Positions 1 to 9,146 of a stretch of 27,939 bases of DNA are shown here, piece after piece. This stretch comes from a virus: IMG/VR virus record IMGVR_UViG_3300028640_000036, one strand, 5' to 3'. The notes beneath the pieces were generated by a model. That model did not search any database. It saw only the letters and a list, made by a program, of their open reading frames with translations, and was not told the DNA's origin. A program made the position numbers and the translations under genes. Position 1 is the first letter of the stretch. The number at the start of each line of letters is the position of its first letter.

Positions 1-2
1 TT

Positions 3-1001
3 GATTTTGTTAAACGCCTGGGAATTGATACTTCAAAATTTCGTATTGAAAACGTAAACACTGTTGAAGAATTTGCCACATTAACTGCAAAATTAAATGA
101 ATCTATAAACGAAATTCGTAATCAAGGGAAAATTCCTCCTAAAATTATAGTTGTTCTTGATTCGCTTGGAAACTTATCTTCAATAAAGGAAAAAACTGAT
201 ACAACATCTGGCTCTGACAAAAGAGACATGACTAAACAACAATCTATTCGTAGAATGTTTAGAGTTATTGGAAATGATTTTGCTAAAAACGGAATCCCGT
301 TCATAATAGCGAATCACACGTATTCATCGATAGGCTCTTATATTCCTGGGCAAACCATATCTGGTGGAGGTGGTGCTCAATTTAATGCATCTATCATATT
401 TATGCTTACAAAATCAAAGTTAACTGATAAAGACTCTGAGGAACATGTTAAAAAACGCGGTATTGATGCCACAAGAATAGGTGTTGTTATTACAGTTACT
501 CCCTATAAACAAAGATTTGCTCGTCCTATTAAAGTTCAGATTCATATCCCATTCTATAAAAAACCAAACCCTTATGTGGGTCTTGAAAAATTTGTTAACT
601 GGGAAACCTGTGGCATTATACGCGGTAACATGATATCTGAAAAAGATTACGCAAAACTTTCAGATGTGGATAAGAAAAAATGTTATGAATTTGAAACTGA
701 AGATGGAAAAATTGCATATGCAATGCCTAAAGACACTGCCAGAAAACTTGTATGCAAACATCTTAAGGGTGAAATTCCTATCTCAGAACTTTATACTGAT
801 AAAGTCTTTACACCTGAAATTCTTAAACAACTTGATGACAATATTATAAAGAAAACATTCATGCTTCCAAGCATAGAATCTCTTGAGGACTTAGCAGAGG
901 TATCTGGAGATCTTTTAGACGGGGCTGAAATGGGAGATCCTAACATTGATAATGAAGTTGATATTTCTGAACTTGATAATTTCGAAGTTCCGGAGATATA
1001 A
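3..1001 (+). CDS. uvsX: UvsX/RecA-like recombinase, 5'-truncated by the window edge
   Basis: Frame is open from position 3 (DFVKRLGIDTSKFRIENVNTVEE...). Walker B IIVVLDSLGNL, then KRDMTKQQSIRRMFR, FIIANHTY and SGGGGAQFNASIIFML match T4 UvsX-type motifs. The ORF-track start at 228 is internal. Confidence 0.9.
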   Translation, partial: DFVKRLGIDTSKFRIENVNTVEEFATLTAKLNESINEIRNQGKIPPKIIVVLDSLGNLSSIKEKTDTTSGSDKRDMTKQQSIRRMFRVIGNDFAKNGIPFIIANHTYSSIGSYIPGQTISGGGGAQFNASIIFMLTKSKLTDKDSEEHVKKRGIDATRIGVVITVTPYKQRFARPIKVQIHIPFYKKPNPYVGLEKFVNWETCGIIRGNMISEKDYAKLSDVDKKKCYEFETEDGKIAYAMPKDTARKLVCKHLKGEIPISELYTDKVFTPEILKQLDDNIIKKTFMLPSIESLEDLAEVSGDLLDGAEMGDPNIDNEVDISELDNFEVPEI

Positions 1002-1027
1002 ACATCTTCTATTTAACAGTTATTTAA

Positions 1028-1056
1028 GGTCTGGAATAAAACTTCAGACCCTTTTT
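1028..1056 (+). terminator. Intrinsic terminator-like hairpin after uvsX
   Basis: GGTCTGGA (1028-1035) pairs with TTCAGACC (1043-1050), one G-U, followed by C-TTTTT. Confidence 0.65.
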
Positions 1057-1066
1057 GATTTATAAA
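1038..1066 (+). promoter_or_regulatory. Putative bipartite promoter AAAACTT-N16-TATAAA
   Basis: AAAACTT 1038-1044 and TATAAA 1061-1066. The same spacing (starts 22-23 nt apart) recurs at 7 other intergenic sites. Confidence 0.6.
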
Positions 1067-1082
1067 AATAAACCATTTTTAT

Positions 1083-1373
1083 ATGAAGCCCCTTGATATA
1101 TCAAATGTAAAAATTAAAAATCTTATGGGAATTATCGAAGAACCAACCCACGAAGATCTTTTATTTGAAATTGTTTATTTTTTAGACGAAGAACGAAGAT
1201 ATGATCCAGAAACATCACAATTTAAGCCCAAGGAAGCATATTTTAAAACACGAACAAGAATTTTAAAATCCCTTTCAGATGATTTGGATAGGTTGGTTGA
1301 AATGGGATACTTAGAACGAGTAAAGTACTCAAATTATCGTGTAGTAAAACATTTATGGGAAAAAGAGATATAA
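1083..1373 (+). CDS. Hypothetical protein, possible winged-helix fold
   Basis: 96-aa ORF. C-terminal LSDDLDRLVEMGYLERVKYSNYRV resembles a wHTH recognition helix plus wing. Confidence 0.6.
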   Translation: MKPLDISNVKIKNLMGIIEEPTHEDLLFEIVYFLDEERRYDPETSQFKPKEAYFKTRTRILKSLSDDLDRLVEMGYLERVKYSNYRVVKHLWEKEI

Positions 1374-1392
1374 AACAAAATTATTTTAAACA

Positions 1393-2883
1393 ATGAGTGT
1401 TACTTCATTTCAGGAACAAGTTTTTTATCATTATATCTTAGGCAATCAAATTTTTCTTAATACGACAAAGCCGGAGTTCTTTATGAATGCAAACATTAGA
1501 GAACTTTTTAAAATTGCTAAAACACATGCCTTAAGATATAAAGAAGCTCCTTCAAAGGAACAAATGATTCAATTGGTTCAGTTACAAGGACTAAGTGAAA
1601 AATATCCTGATGACCTTATATCATCATTATACAATGCAAAACAACTTTTAACACAATACGGAGATGAATGGTTAGAAGATAACGTAGGTCCCTGGATCCA
1701 GGTTCGTAACTTGGATAACGTTATGCGTAAAGCAATTGCGTATATGAAGACAACTGCAGTTACAGCTGATAATGCCGGTGAAGTTGTTGAGAAAATACGT
1801 CATATGCTTTCGACAGAAACTGCTATTGACTTTTCGTTTAATCTCGGAACAAGTTTCTTTGACCCAACATCTCACTTACAAACTCGATTGGCAAGGACAA
1901 CTTCGGGATATAATTACATTGATATATGTACTAAAGGCGGATATTGGAAAGGAATGCTGATGGTCCTTTTTGGGATGCCAAAAGCTGGAAAATCGATGTG
2001 GTTGTGTAACTTAGCCGCAAAATCAGTGTTAAATGGGTATAATACAGCATATATAACATTAGAACTTCAAGAAGAATTGGTTCATATGCGTATTGGTGCA
2101 AATCTTTTAAACGTGCAATTAGATAATTATGAGAACTTTACAAAAGATCAGGCATTATTAAAACAGAAACTGGGAACACTTAAACAACGCCATTATTTAC
2201 AACCATTAGGTGAATTGCATGTTAAAGAATTCCCAACAGCATCTGCTTCAGCCAATGATATTTCAGCATACTTGAAAAAAGCCCAAGAAACTTTAGGACT
2301 TAAGTTTGATAATGTTTATATTGATTACATTAATATCATGAGAAATTGGAGAAATCCTAATTCAGAAAATACGTATCTTAAGATAAAACAAATTTCTGAA
2401 GATATACGTGCAATGGGTCAAGAAAATGATTGGGCGATTATAACCGTGACCCAGACGAATCGGTCAGGCTGGGAAAATGACGATTTGGGATTAGGCTCAA
2501 TTGCTGAATCTGCAGGACTATTACATACAACAGATATTCTTTTTGGAATTATTACAACTGCTGAAATGAAAGCGGCCGGTGAATATTATCTTAAATGTTT
2601 AGCAAATCGTGTCGCAGGATATGAAAATACACGAAAAAAGTTTATAATGGAATGGCCGTATGCTCGAATTGAAGAAGATAGTAATGCACGTATTGAAGAT
2701 TTGGAATTTTTTATAAATAACTTTCGCTCAGGACAAAAACAACCAAGAGGTCAAGAACAAAACAAAGAACGATCTATAGACATTCATTCTGCTATAAATG
2801 CCAATATATCAGCACTTGAACCTCAGGCTTCAGAAAATCCCGATTTTAAAAATATAAACGTTACAGGATCTAATTTATTTTAA
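1393..2883 (+). CDS. Replicative DnaB-family helicase (T4 gp41-like)
   Basis: Walker A GMPKAGKS, YITLELQEE, Walker B VYIDYINIM, TVTQTNRSG, and AESAGLLHTTD; 496 aa. Confidence 0.92.
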   Translation: MSVTSFQEQVFYHYILGNQIFLNTTKPEFFMNANIRELFKIAKTHALRYKEAPSKEQMIQLVQLQGLSEKYPDDLISSLYNAKQLLTQYGDEWLEDNVGPWIQVRNLDNVMRKAIAYMKTTAVTADNAGEVVEKIRHMLSTETAIDFSFNLGTSFFDPTSHLQTRLARTTSGYNYIDICTKGGYWKGMLMVLFGMPKAGKSMWLCNLAAKSVLNGYNTAYITLELQEELVHMRIGANLLNVQLDNYENFTKDQALLKQKLGTLKQRHYLQPLGELHVKEFPTASASANDISAYLKKAQETLGLKFDNVYIDYINIMRNWRNPNSENTYLKIKQISEDIRAMGQENDWAIITVTQTNRSGWENDDLGLGSIAESAGLLHTTDILFGIITTAEMKAAGEYYLKCLANRVAGYENTRKKFIMEWPYARIEEDSNARIEDLEFFINNFRSGQKQPRGQEQNKERSIDIHSAINANISALEPQASENPDFKNINVTGSNLF

Positions 2884-2894
2884 ATATATAAAAC

Positions 2895-3347
2895 ATGAAA
2901 AAGGAAGGAACTAAAGCCGAAATGTCGTTTATTGAAGATGAACACGTAGGAGAAGATTTTGGCTCAACGATTAAAGTAGAAGGCAGTGTTTTTCATTTAT
3001 ACGAAGATCAATTAGGAGATAACATTGTTGAAAATAGGATCATAAAAATGTTAGACAATGAAATGTTTGACATTTTTAAATCGTCTATCTATTATGAAAA
3101 ATATCGTAAACGTAAAAAAGCTGATAGTAATGACAGAGTAAAAATGTATTACTACTTTAAGGAAGAACTTTTAAAGAGACGGCAATTTACAAACATGGAA
3201 ATTTTTATTGCCTTTGCCGAATTTTTTGATATTAATTACACACAATTGTATTCTGAGATTGGAGTTTTAGATAAAGAAGGTTTGCTTCGTGAATTAAACG
3301 ATAAATACGGATTGGCAAATAAAATTAAAACAAAAAGATTATTTTAA
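2895..3347 (+). CDS. Hypothetical protein
   Basis: 150-aa ORF in operon context, preceded by ATATATAAA. Confidence 0.7.
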   Translation: MKKEGTKAEMSFIEDEHVGEDFGSTIKVEGSVFHLYEDQLGDNIVENRIIKMLDNEMFDIFKSSIYYEKYRKRKKADSNDRVKMYYYFKEELLKRRQFTNMEIFIAFAEFFDINYTQLYSEIGVLDKEGLLRELNDKYGLANKIKTKRLF

Positions 3348-3362
3348 AAATAAAATATTTTT

Positions 3363-4475
3363 ATGAGTAATTTAAAACAATATAAACTTGATACAGAATA
3401 CATACCATACAACCGAATATTTTTATTATCAGACTTACACTTTGGCGTTCGTGCAAATTCACTAGAGTGGCTTCAAAATCAAAAATCATTTTTTCAAGAT
3501 TTTTATATTCCCTATCTTAAGAAAAATTATAAAGAAGGGGACATACTTTTTATTCTTGGTGACTGGTTCGATAATAGGCAATTGCTGGATATTTACGTAA
3601 TGAATACATCCATAGATATTGTTATCGAATTATCGGAGATATTGCCAGTGTATTTTTTAACAGGGAATCATGATATTTATAAAAAATATAACACAGATGT
3701 TAACTCGATAGTGGCATTTCGTCATATTCCTAACGTAAGTATTTATCAAAAACCTACTATTCTTACAAACAATAACAACAAAATATTAATATTGCCTTGG
3801 ATAGGAAATAAAGAATCTGAAGAAAACTATGCTCGGGCAAACAAATTTGATTATATATTTGCACATTCTGAAATAATGGGTTTTAAATATGATAATGGAC
3901 GTGAAATTAAATCAACTTCAGTAGACTTTAGAAAATTTCGAAACATTAAAAGAGTTTTTTCAGGACATATACATAAAAGACAAGAATTAGCCAATATCGT
4001 GTATATAGGATCTCCGTATCATATGAAACGCAGTGATATTGGAAATACTAAGGGCATATATATTTTTAACCCAAATGAAAATACTTTTGAATTTATTGAA
4101 AATAATTATTCTCCCTTATTTCAACGTGTTACTCTTGAGTATATTTTAGATCTTTCTTTAAATAATACTGTAAAACTACTAAACAATAATTACACTGATA
4201 TTATAGTTCCTGATAAATATGTTCATACATTTAATCTTACTCGATTCTTAGATATAATAAAAGAATGTAAATATAAGAAAATTGAAGCTGCAACTGAAAG
4301 AAAAAAGTTTGAAGATGAAATTACTGAACTTGCAGAAGGAGTAGACATAAGAGACATACTTTCATTGCTTGAATTAAGCATTGAAGATTTGGGACATCAA
4401 GCTGAGATTCTTGTTAAATTGAAATTAATGAATAGACGCTATTATGAAAGAGCCAGTCGTGAAGATGTCGAATAA
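3363..4475 (+). CDS. Mre11/SbcD-like recombination nuclease (T4 gp47-like)
   Basis: Metallophosphoesterase motifs SDLHFG, GDWFD, GNHD, AHSE, SGHIH and YIGSP; a gp46 partner lies downstream. Confidence 0.92.
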   Translation: MSNLKQYKLDTEYIPYNRIFLLSDLHFGVRANSLEWLQNQKSFFQDFYIPYLKKNYKEGDILFILGDWFDNRQLLDIYVMNTSIDIVIELSEILPVYFLTGNHDIYKKYNTDVNSIVAFRHIPNVSIYQKPTILTNNNNKILILPWIGNKESEENYARANKFDYIFAHSEIMGFKYDNGREIKSTSVDFRKFRNIKRVFSGHIHKRQELANIVYIGSPYHMKRSDIGNTKGIYIFNPNENTFEFIENNYSPLFQRVTLEYILDLSLNNTVKLLNNNYTDIIVPDKYVHTFNLTRFLDIIKECKYKKIEAATERKKFEDEITELAEGVDIRDILSLLELSIEDLGHQAEILVKLKLMNRRYYERASREDVE

Positions 4476-4485
4476 CAAGATCGAT

Positions 4486-4514
4486 AAAACTGGGGTTTAA
4501 ATTAATTATATAAA
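4486..4514 (+). promoter_or_regulatory. Putative bipartite promoter AAAACTG-N16-TATAAA
   Basis: AAAACTG 4486-4492 and TATAAA 4509-4514. Confidence 0.5.
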
Positions 4515-4531
4515 ATAAAAAGGATATTGTA

Positions 4532-4963
4532 ATGAAGAAAAAGAAAATAAATGAACCTGTTGGTCGTCCAGTCTTTCCTTCTGAATTTGAATCTGACCCA
4601 GATTGTTATGTAATATTTGCAACTAATGGGTTAATGTTAGGAAGAATGATTGCAGCTTCTAAAGGGCAATATTGCGTAGAACATCAAGGAGATCTTGTTA
4701 TATTTAATGCAAATGTTATAACTAAAACTCATGGGAAGGTTTGGTATGGCGACTTAAATGTAAATTTAGATTTTGATAACTTAAAAAATGTAGCAGATAC
4801 TATAGGAGAGGATTTATATATTTTAATGGAAGGCGATGCTCGATTTGGTTATGAAAATGCACCTATAGATGAATTAATTGCTAAAGCTAAGGCTGTTATT
4901 CGCTGTAAGGTTAAAACAGAAGAAGACAATAAAAACTCTAAAAAGAAAACAAAAAAATCGTAA
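4532..4963 (+). CDS. Hypothetical protein
   Basis: 143-aa ORF with N-terminus MKKKKINE and a basic C-terminus. Confidence 0.7.
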   Translation: MKKKKINEPVGRPVFPSEFESDPDCYVIFATNGLMLGRMIAASKGQYCVEHQGDLVIFNANVITKTHGKVWYGDLNVNLDFDNLKNVADTIGEDLYILMEGDARFGYENAPIDELIAKAKAVIRCKVKTEEDNKNSKKKTKKS

Positions 4964-4967
4964 AAGT

Positions 4968-5459
4968 ATGGCACTAATAATTACTGCTCCCGAAGAAATA
5001 TATTCGGTGCAAAATAACAAAAATGTTAAAATGTTTTTGGCCGGCGGGATAACAAATTGCCCAGATTGGCAAAGTTATGTTGTCAATGAACTAAAAGACA
5101 TAGAAAATCTTACGGTTTATACGCCTCGAAGAAAGAATTTTCCTATAAATGATCCTAATGCTGCTGAAGAACAAATTGCGTGGGAATTTCAGCACCTAAA
5201 AGAGGCAGATATTCTTTTCTTTTGGTTTTCTAGAGGTTCATTGAATCCCATTGTTTTATATGAATTGGGAATGTGGTGTAATTCAGGTAAAAAACTTGCT
5301 TTAATAGGAATTGATCCTGAATATGAAAGAAAACAAGACGTTATCATTCAAACAAAACTTGCAAGACCTCGTGCAGTATTTTTCGATTCATTAGAAAAAA
5401 TGATCGAAGAAGTAACTTATCTTTTTACAAATATTTTTACAGAGGAGGAAGAAGAGTGA
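4968..5459 (+). CDS. Nucleoside 2-deoxyribosyltransferase-like protein
   Basis: MFLAGGITNCPDWQ, QIAWEFQHLKEADILFFWF and LYELG (putative catalytic Glu) fit the NDT-like fold. ATG 4968 directly after the upstream stop is preferred over 4878. Confidence 0.75.
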   Translation: MALIITAPEEIYSVQNNKNVKMFLAGGITNCPDWQSYVVNELKDIENLTVYTPRRKNFPINDPNAAEEQIAWEFQHLKEADILFFWFSRGSLNPIVLYELGMWCNSGKKLALIGIDPEYERKQDVIIQTKLARPRAVFFDSLEKMIEEVTYLFTNIFTEEEEE

Positions 5460-5617
5460 GACAAAGAAAATCAATGAAAATAACATCTAAAAAATATGTA
5501 ATTTTTCACGATGAAGATTTAGCACAATTCGGAGGTCTTTATATTCCTGAAGAAATTAAAAAGAAAAAGAAAACTTCTTCAATAAAATTGTCTAAAATTT
5601 TTCAAAAAAGAAGTTAA
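5456..5617 (+). CDS. Small basic hypothetical protein (53 aa), not in the ORF track
   Basis: GTG start overlaps the upstream TGA (GTGA) and the ORF fills the 5460-5634 gap: MRQRKSMKITSKKYVIFHDEDLAQFGGLYIPEEIKKKKKTSSIKLSKIFQKRS. Confidence 0.55.
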   Translation: MRQRKSMKITSKKYVIFHDEDLAQFGGLYIPEEIKKKKKTSSIKLSKIFQKRS

Positions 5618-5634
5618 AATAAAAATTGTAAAAT

Positions 5635-7335
5635 ATGCGTTTGCATAAAATTTCTTGGAGAAATATCGGGCCATTCGGTAATAAACTTCAGACACTTGAA
5701 CTTCCAGATGAAGGTGGGCTCTGGATGGTGTTAGGGAAGAATGGAAATGGGAAATCATTTTTCGTTAACCTCCCAAAAATTCTTTATTATGGAAAACTAG
5801 ACAAATTCAAGAAAGATGAAATTGCAAATCGCTTAAATAAACATGGATACATTAAAGGGCTTAATGAAACATCGCCCGGAACTTATGTTACAATTGAACG
5901 AAATTTATCACCTTCAAGCCTTACTGTGTGGAAACATACAGAAGACGAGGAACCCAATGATAATAATGATATTGGAAAAGCTGGCATTGTAGATTACCAG
6001 ACATATATAGACACAGAGGTCACTGGATTGCCCTATCATATCTTCTCGAACATCATATCATTAAGTATTAATGATTTTAAATCTTTTATTTCAATGACCC
6101 CTAATGATAAGAGAATCATTATAGATAAATTGTTCGCAATGGATATTATTAACAAGATGAATCAGCTTGTTAAATCCGATTTAAGAGATATGAAATTTAA
6201 TATGGATGCTTTTGACAGAGATATTATTACAATAAAAAATAATATAGACGTTGCTGTTAAAGAACTTCAAAAACTTCAAGTTAAATTAAACGAAGATAAC
6301 AGTTCAAAGATTTTAGAATTAGCGGCAAAACTTGAAGAATACAAGCCTAAACTTCAAGAAGGTTATGATAAAAAGAAAGAATGGGAATCAAAGAAAGCAG
6401 ACATATTAAAATCTCAAACTGTGTTTGTTAGGCAAAAGGCAAAAGTTTCTCAAGAACTACAGCATCTTCGAAATCAAATAAATCTTTATAACCAAGATAA
6501 GTGCCCAACTTGTGCTACTCCTTTTGATGATGCAAGATTCGATTTAATTAAAGAACAACTTCAAGAAAATATTAAAACCGAGGAAAAAGAAATCGAATTA
6601 ATAAAAGAAAATGAACAGAAATACAACATGGCTCTTGAAAATGTTAATCAAGGACTTGTTAAAATAGATAATTTTATTATTCAAATTCAAACATCATATA
6701 AACTTGTTGAGGCTGAGTTAACAAAATTAAAATTAAATAAATCTGCAGAATTTGAAAGCATACAAAATATTATATCTGAAAATAAAGAATCATTAATCAA
6801 AAAATCAGATGACAAATTAAAATACGATGAAGAATACAAGTATCTTACAGTGTTAGAACAATTGTACTCTGATGCCGGTGTTAAAAAGAAAATTCTTGAA
6901 AGTTATTTGCCAACATTGAATAAAGAAATAGAATATACTCTTAATGAACTTCATTTCCCATATCGTCTAATATTTGATTCAGATTTTGAGCCTAATATGT
7001 CACATTTAGGAGTTGATATTAGTGTTGATACATTGAGTACGGGTGAAAAGAAAAGAGTAGATCTTGCAGTTTTAATTTCAATCATTAGAATGCTTAAACA
7101 TAAATATCCTGGACTAAATATATTTATGTTAGACGAGGTTCTTTCCTCTATTGATGGTGATGGCATATATGATATTATAGGATTACTTCAAAAACTTTCG
7201 AGAGAAATGGCCATGAACATATTTGTTATTAATTTTAGCCCACTCCCGATTGAACAATTTGACTATAAAATTGAAATACATAAAAATGCAGGATTTAGCG
7301 ACTTAACAATTGAAAAATTAAACGAAGGAGATTAA
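5635..7335 (+). CDS. Rad50/SbcC-like ATPase (T4 gp46-like)
   Basis: Walker A GKNGNGKS, zinc hook CPTC between coiled coils, signature LSTGEKKR, Walker B FMLDE, D-loop SSID. Confidence 0.92.
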   Translation: MRLHKISWRNIGPFGNKLQTLELPDEGGLWMVLGKNGNGKSFFVNLPKILYYGKLDKFKKDEIANRLNKHGYIKGLNETSPGTYVTIERNLSPSSLTVWKHTEDEEPNDNNDIGKAGIVDYQTYIDTEVTGLPYHIFSNIISLSINDFKSFISMTPNDKRIIIDKLFAMDIINKMNQLVKSDLRDMKFNMDAFDRDIITIKNNIDVAVKELQKLQVKLNEDNSSKILELAAKLEEYKPKLQEGYDKKKEWESKKADILKSQTVFVRQKAKVSQELQHLRNQINLYNQDKCPTCATPFDDARFDLIKEQLQENIKTEEKEIELIKENEQKYNMALENVNQGLVKIDNFIIQIQTSYKLVEAELTKLKLNKSAEFESIQNIISENKESLIKKSDDKLKYDEEYKYLTVLEQLYSDAGVKKKILESYLPTLNKEIEYTLNELHFPYRLIFDSDFEPNMSHLGVDISVDTLSTGEKKRVDLAVLISIIRMLKHKYPGLNIFMLDEVLSSIDGDGIYDIIGLLQKLSREMAMNIFVINFSPLPIEQFDYKIEIHKNAGFSDLTIEKLNEGD

Positions 7336-7346
7336 TTCTCCTTTTT
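7325..7346 (+). terminator. Intrinsic terminator-like hairpin overlapping the gp46 stop
   Basis: AAGGAGA (7325-7331), loop TTAAT, TCTCCTT (7337-7343), then TTT. Confidence 0.6.
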
Positions 7347-7354
7347 CATTTTTG

Positions 7355-7369
7355 ATATATAAAATAAAA
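7355..7369 (+). promoter_or_regulatory. Putative late-type promoter ATATATAAAATAAAA
   Basis: ATATATAAA recurs at 2884, 7355, 12290, 17442, 21033, 21365 and 27085, all intergenic. It resembles the T4 late promoter TATAAATA. Confidence 0.5.
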
Positions 7370-7375
7370 TAGTTA

Positions 7376-7675
7376 ATGAGAGCTAAATTCGTAGATAGAA
7401 ATAACGATACACCATTTGCAACTCATAGCGATCTTAGAAATAATGAAAGAACAGCGCATTATCCGCTAAGTCGTATCCAATACGAAAATTCAGATGATTG
7501 GGATTGGGATATACCAATGCCTTGTCCAGCATGTGGAAGAGATACTCATGGAGAATACGAAAGAGGTGTTTGTTATAAATGTGCAGAACAAGGATTTTGG
7601 CTTGATAAATTCGGAAGAGTTCATAACTATAGAAGCAGAATTAGACCTGTTAAACAATATGAATCTAAAAAATAA
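7376..7675 (+). CDS. Hypothetical protein with putative zinc ribbon
   Basis: CPAC...CYKC in a 99-aa ORF; N-terminus MRAKFVD. Confidence 0.65.
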   Translation: MRAKFVDRNNDTPFATHSDLRNNERTAHYPLSRIQYENSDDWDWDIPMPCPACGRDTHGEYERGVCYKCAEQGFWLDKFGRVHNYRSRIRPVKQYESKK

Positions 7676-7683
7676 AAGAATAT

Positions 7684-8304
7684 ATGAAAAGAATAATGAT
7701 TGAAGAATCTTTATATGAATTCGCTAAACGTGGAAGACCCAGAAAAAATGCAAAGGGACCTATAAGAAAATCTTATGGTATTGATACAACTGATGCATGG
7801 GACGATATTGAAGACGATGAAACAATTGACATGGATGATATAGATGTTGATACATCTGATATGGAAAATGCAGAGGAAATAGCAGTTGAAGATGAAGATG
7901 CATTTGATAATAATTTATTTAGAGCATTGAGTAATGAGATTAAAGCGCCTGAATTTTCAAGAAGAACTCTTGTATTTAGGCTAAAAGGAGATCTTTCAAA
8001 AATTCAAAATGGTGTTCCTATGGCAAAAATTGGAGATAATGCATTTTTATTTAAGCTTAAAGATGGCAAATTAAAAAAGATCTTTCTTAAAGACATTATT
8101 CTTGAAAACAAAAATATTTCTAATAGAGCTCGTATGGTATTTGAAGATTATGATGATACAGACGTAAAAGAATCTCGTAGGTTTGATCCTCAAACAGATG
8201 AAGAAATTCCTGAACATGACTGTTCAAGATACATAAATAGACATGGGCAATGTATGTACTGTGGAAAATGGGTTGAATCTGAGGATGAAGATTTTGAAAT
8301 TTAA
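7684..8304 (+). CDS. Acidic hypothetical protein with N-terminal AT-hook-like motif and C-terminal Cys/His motif
   Basis: KRGRPRK at aa 15-21, a D/E-rich tract, and HDC...CMYC near the C-terminus. Confidence 0.7.
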   Translation: MKRIMIEESLYEFAKRGRPRKNAKGPIRKSYGIDTTDAWDDIEDDETIDMDDIDVDTSDMENAEEIAVEDEDAFDNNLFRALSNEIKAPEFSRRTLVFRLKGDLSKIQNGVPMAKIGDNAFLFKLKDGKLKKIFLKDIILENKNISNRARMVFEDYDDTDVKESRRFDPQTDEEIPEHDCSRYINRHGQCMYCGKWVESEDEDFEI

Positions 8305-8319
8305 AATAAAAATATAAGC

Positions 8320-8589
8320 ATGAATCACTACTTAAAACATTTTATTGCTGGAGCAATTATATCTTTAATTACTCTTGTATTTTTTGTATTATTTGTTCAT
8401 GTTCCTGTCTATGGATGGGATGCTGGAGTAGCTGCAATACTTACTGTTGCTGCAGGTGCAGGAAAGGAAGTTATATGGGATAAATGGCTTAAAAGAGGAA
8501 CTCCCGATTACTATGATTTTTTCTACACTATATGTGGGGGTTGGGCCACGATATTTCTTTGGAAAATTATTGAATTATTTTTCATATGA
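8320..8589 (+). CDS. Small multi-pass membrane protein (YfiM/VanZ-like pattern)
   Basis: KHFIAGAIIS, AAGAGKEVIWD and DYYDFFYTICGG, with about 3 hydrophobic segments. Confidence 0.6.
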   Translation: MNHYLKHFIAGAIISLITLVFFVLFVHVPVYGWDAGVAAILTVAAGAGKEVIWDKWLKRGTPDYYDFFYTICGGWATIFLWKIIELFFI

Positions 8590-8795
8590 AATTAGTCAGA
8601 GAACATTTGAATGAAAAGAAACAAGAATCATATACGATGGATGATCTTTCGTATGAATTCATTACCGATATTCTTAAATTAGGAACAATGGATAATCTTT
8701 TCATTAAATTTCTCGAAAAGAAAAAAATAAATCAAAATTATTTAACGGATCTTATGAAAGCTGTAATTAAACGAATTGAAAATAAATGGATATAA
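8586..8795 (+). CDS. Hypothetical protein
   Basis: 69 aa; ATGA overlap with the upstream gene; N-terminus MKLVREHLNE. Confidence 0.65.
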   Translation: MKLVREHLNEKKQESYTMDDLSYEFITDILKLGTMDNLFIKFLEKKKINQNYLTDLMKAVIKRIENKWI

Positions 8796-8796
8796 A

Positions 8797-9075
8797 ATGA
8801 AAGCAAAATTTGTAAATGAGAATTCTTATGATAGAATGACGCCTGCCGATTATGGATTTGAAGCAGCAAGAAAAGAAGGATATGATGATCAAGTGTATGC
8901 ACTTTTAAAAATACAAGATTATAGTACTGGAAATAAACCTAAAGTTTCTATAGAAGCAATGGGTTCAAGAGAAGATATTGTAAATTTTAAAAAAGAATTA
9001 GAAAACAGAAACAAAAGACGTAATTATTCAGTACAATACTATTACTCAATCCAAAGAGTCCCAAAAATACTTTAA
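8797..9075 (+). CDS. Hypothetical protein
   Basis: ATG 8797 directly after the upstream stop is preferred; N-terminus MKAKFVNE; 92 aa. Confidence 0.65.
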   Translation: MKAKFVNENSYDRMTPADYGFEAARKEGYDDQVYALLKIQDYSTGNKPKVSIEAMGSREDIVNFKKELENRNKRRNYSVQYYYSIQRVPKIL

Positions 9076-9089
9076 AGAATATGAAATTA

Positions 9090-9117
9090 AAAAGGCTTAA
9101 GAAAACTTAAGCCTTTT
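9090..9117 (+). terminator. Perfect 12-bp hairpin, terminator-like
   Basis: AAAAGGCTTAAG (9090-9101), loop AAAA, CTTAAGCCTTTT (9106-9117). Confidence 0.7.
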
Positions 9118-9146
9118 GTTGTCATAAAATTTAAAATAAAATATAA

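Noticed and set aside
1393-2883. Intein or intron in the helicase, UvsX or portal
   Set aside because: Lengths and motif spacing look uninterrupted, and no intein terminal or LAGLIDADG motifs were seen.
5528-5551. FGGLYIPE resembling the TrpB or threonine synthase N-terminal motif
   Set aside because: An eight-residue match in a 53-aa peptide with none of the remaining fold; likely coincidental.
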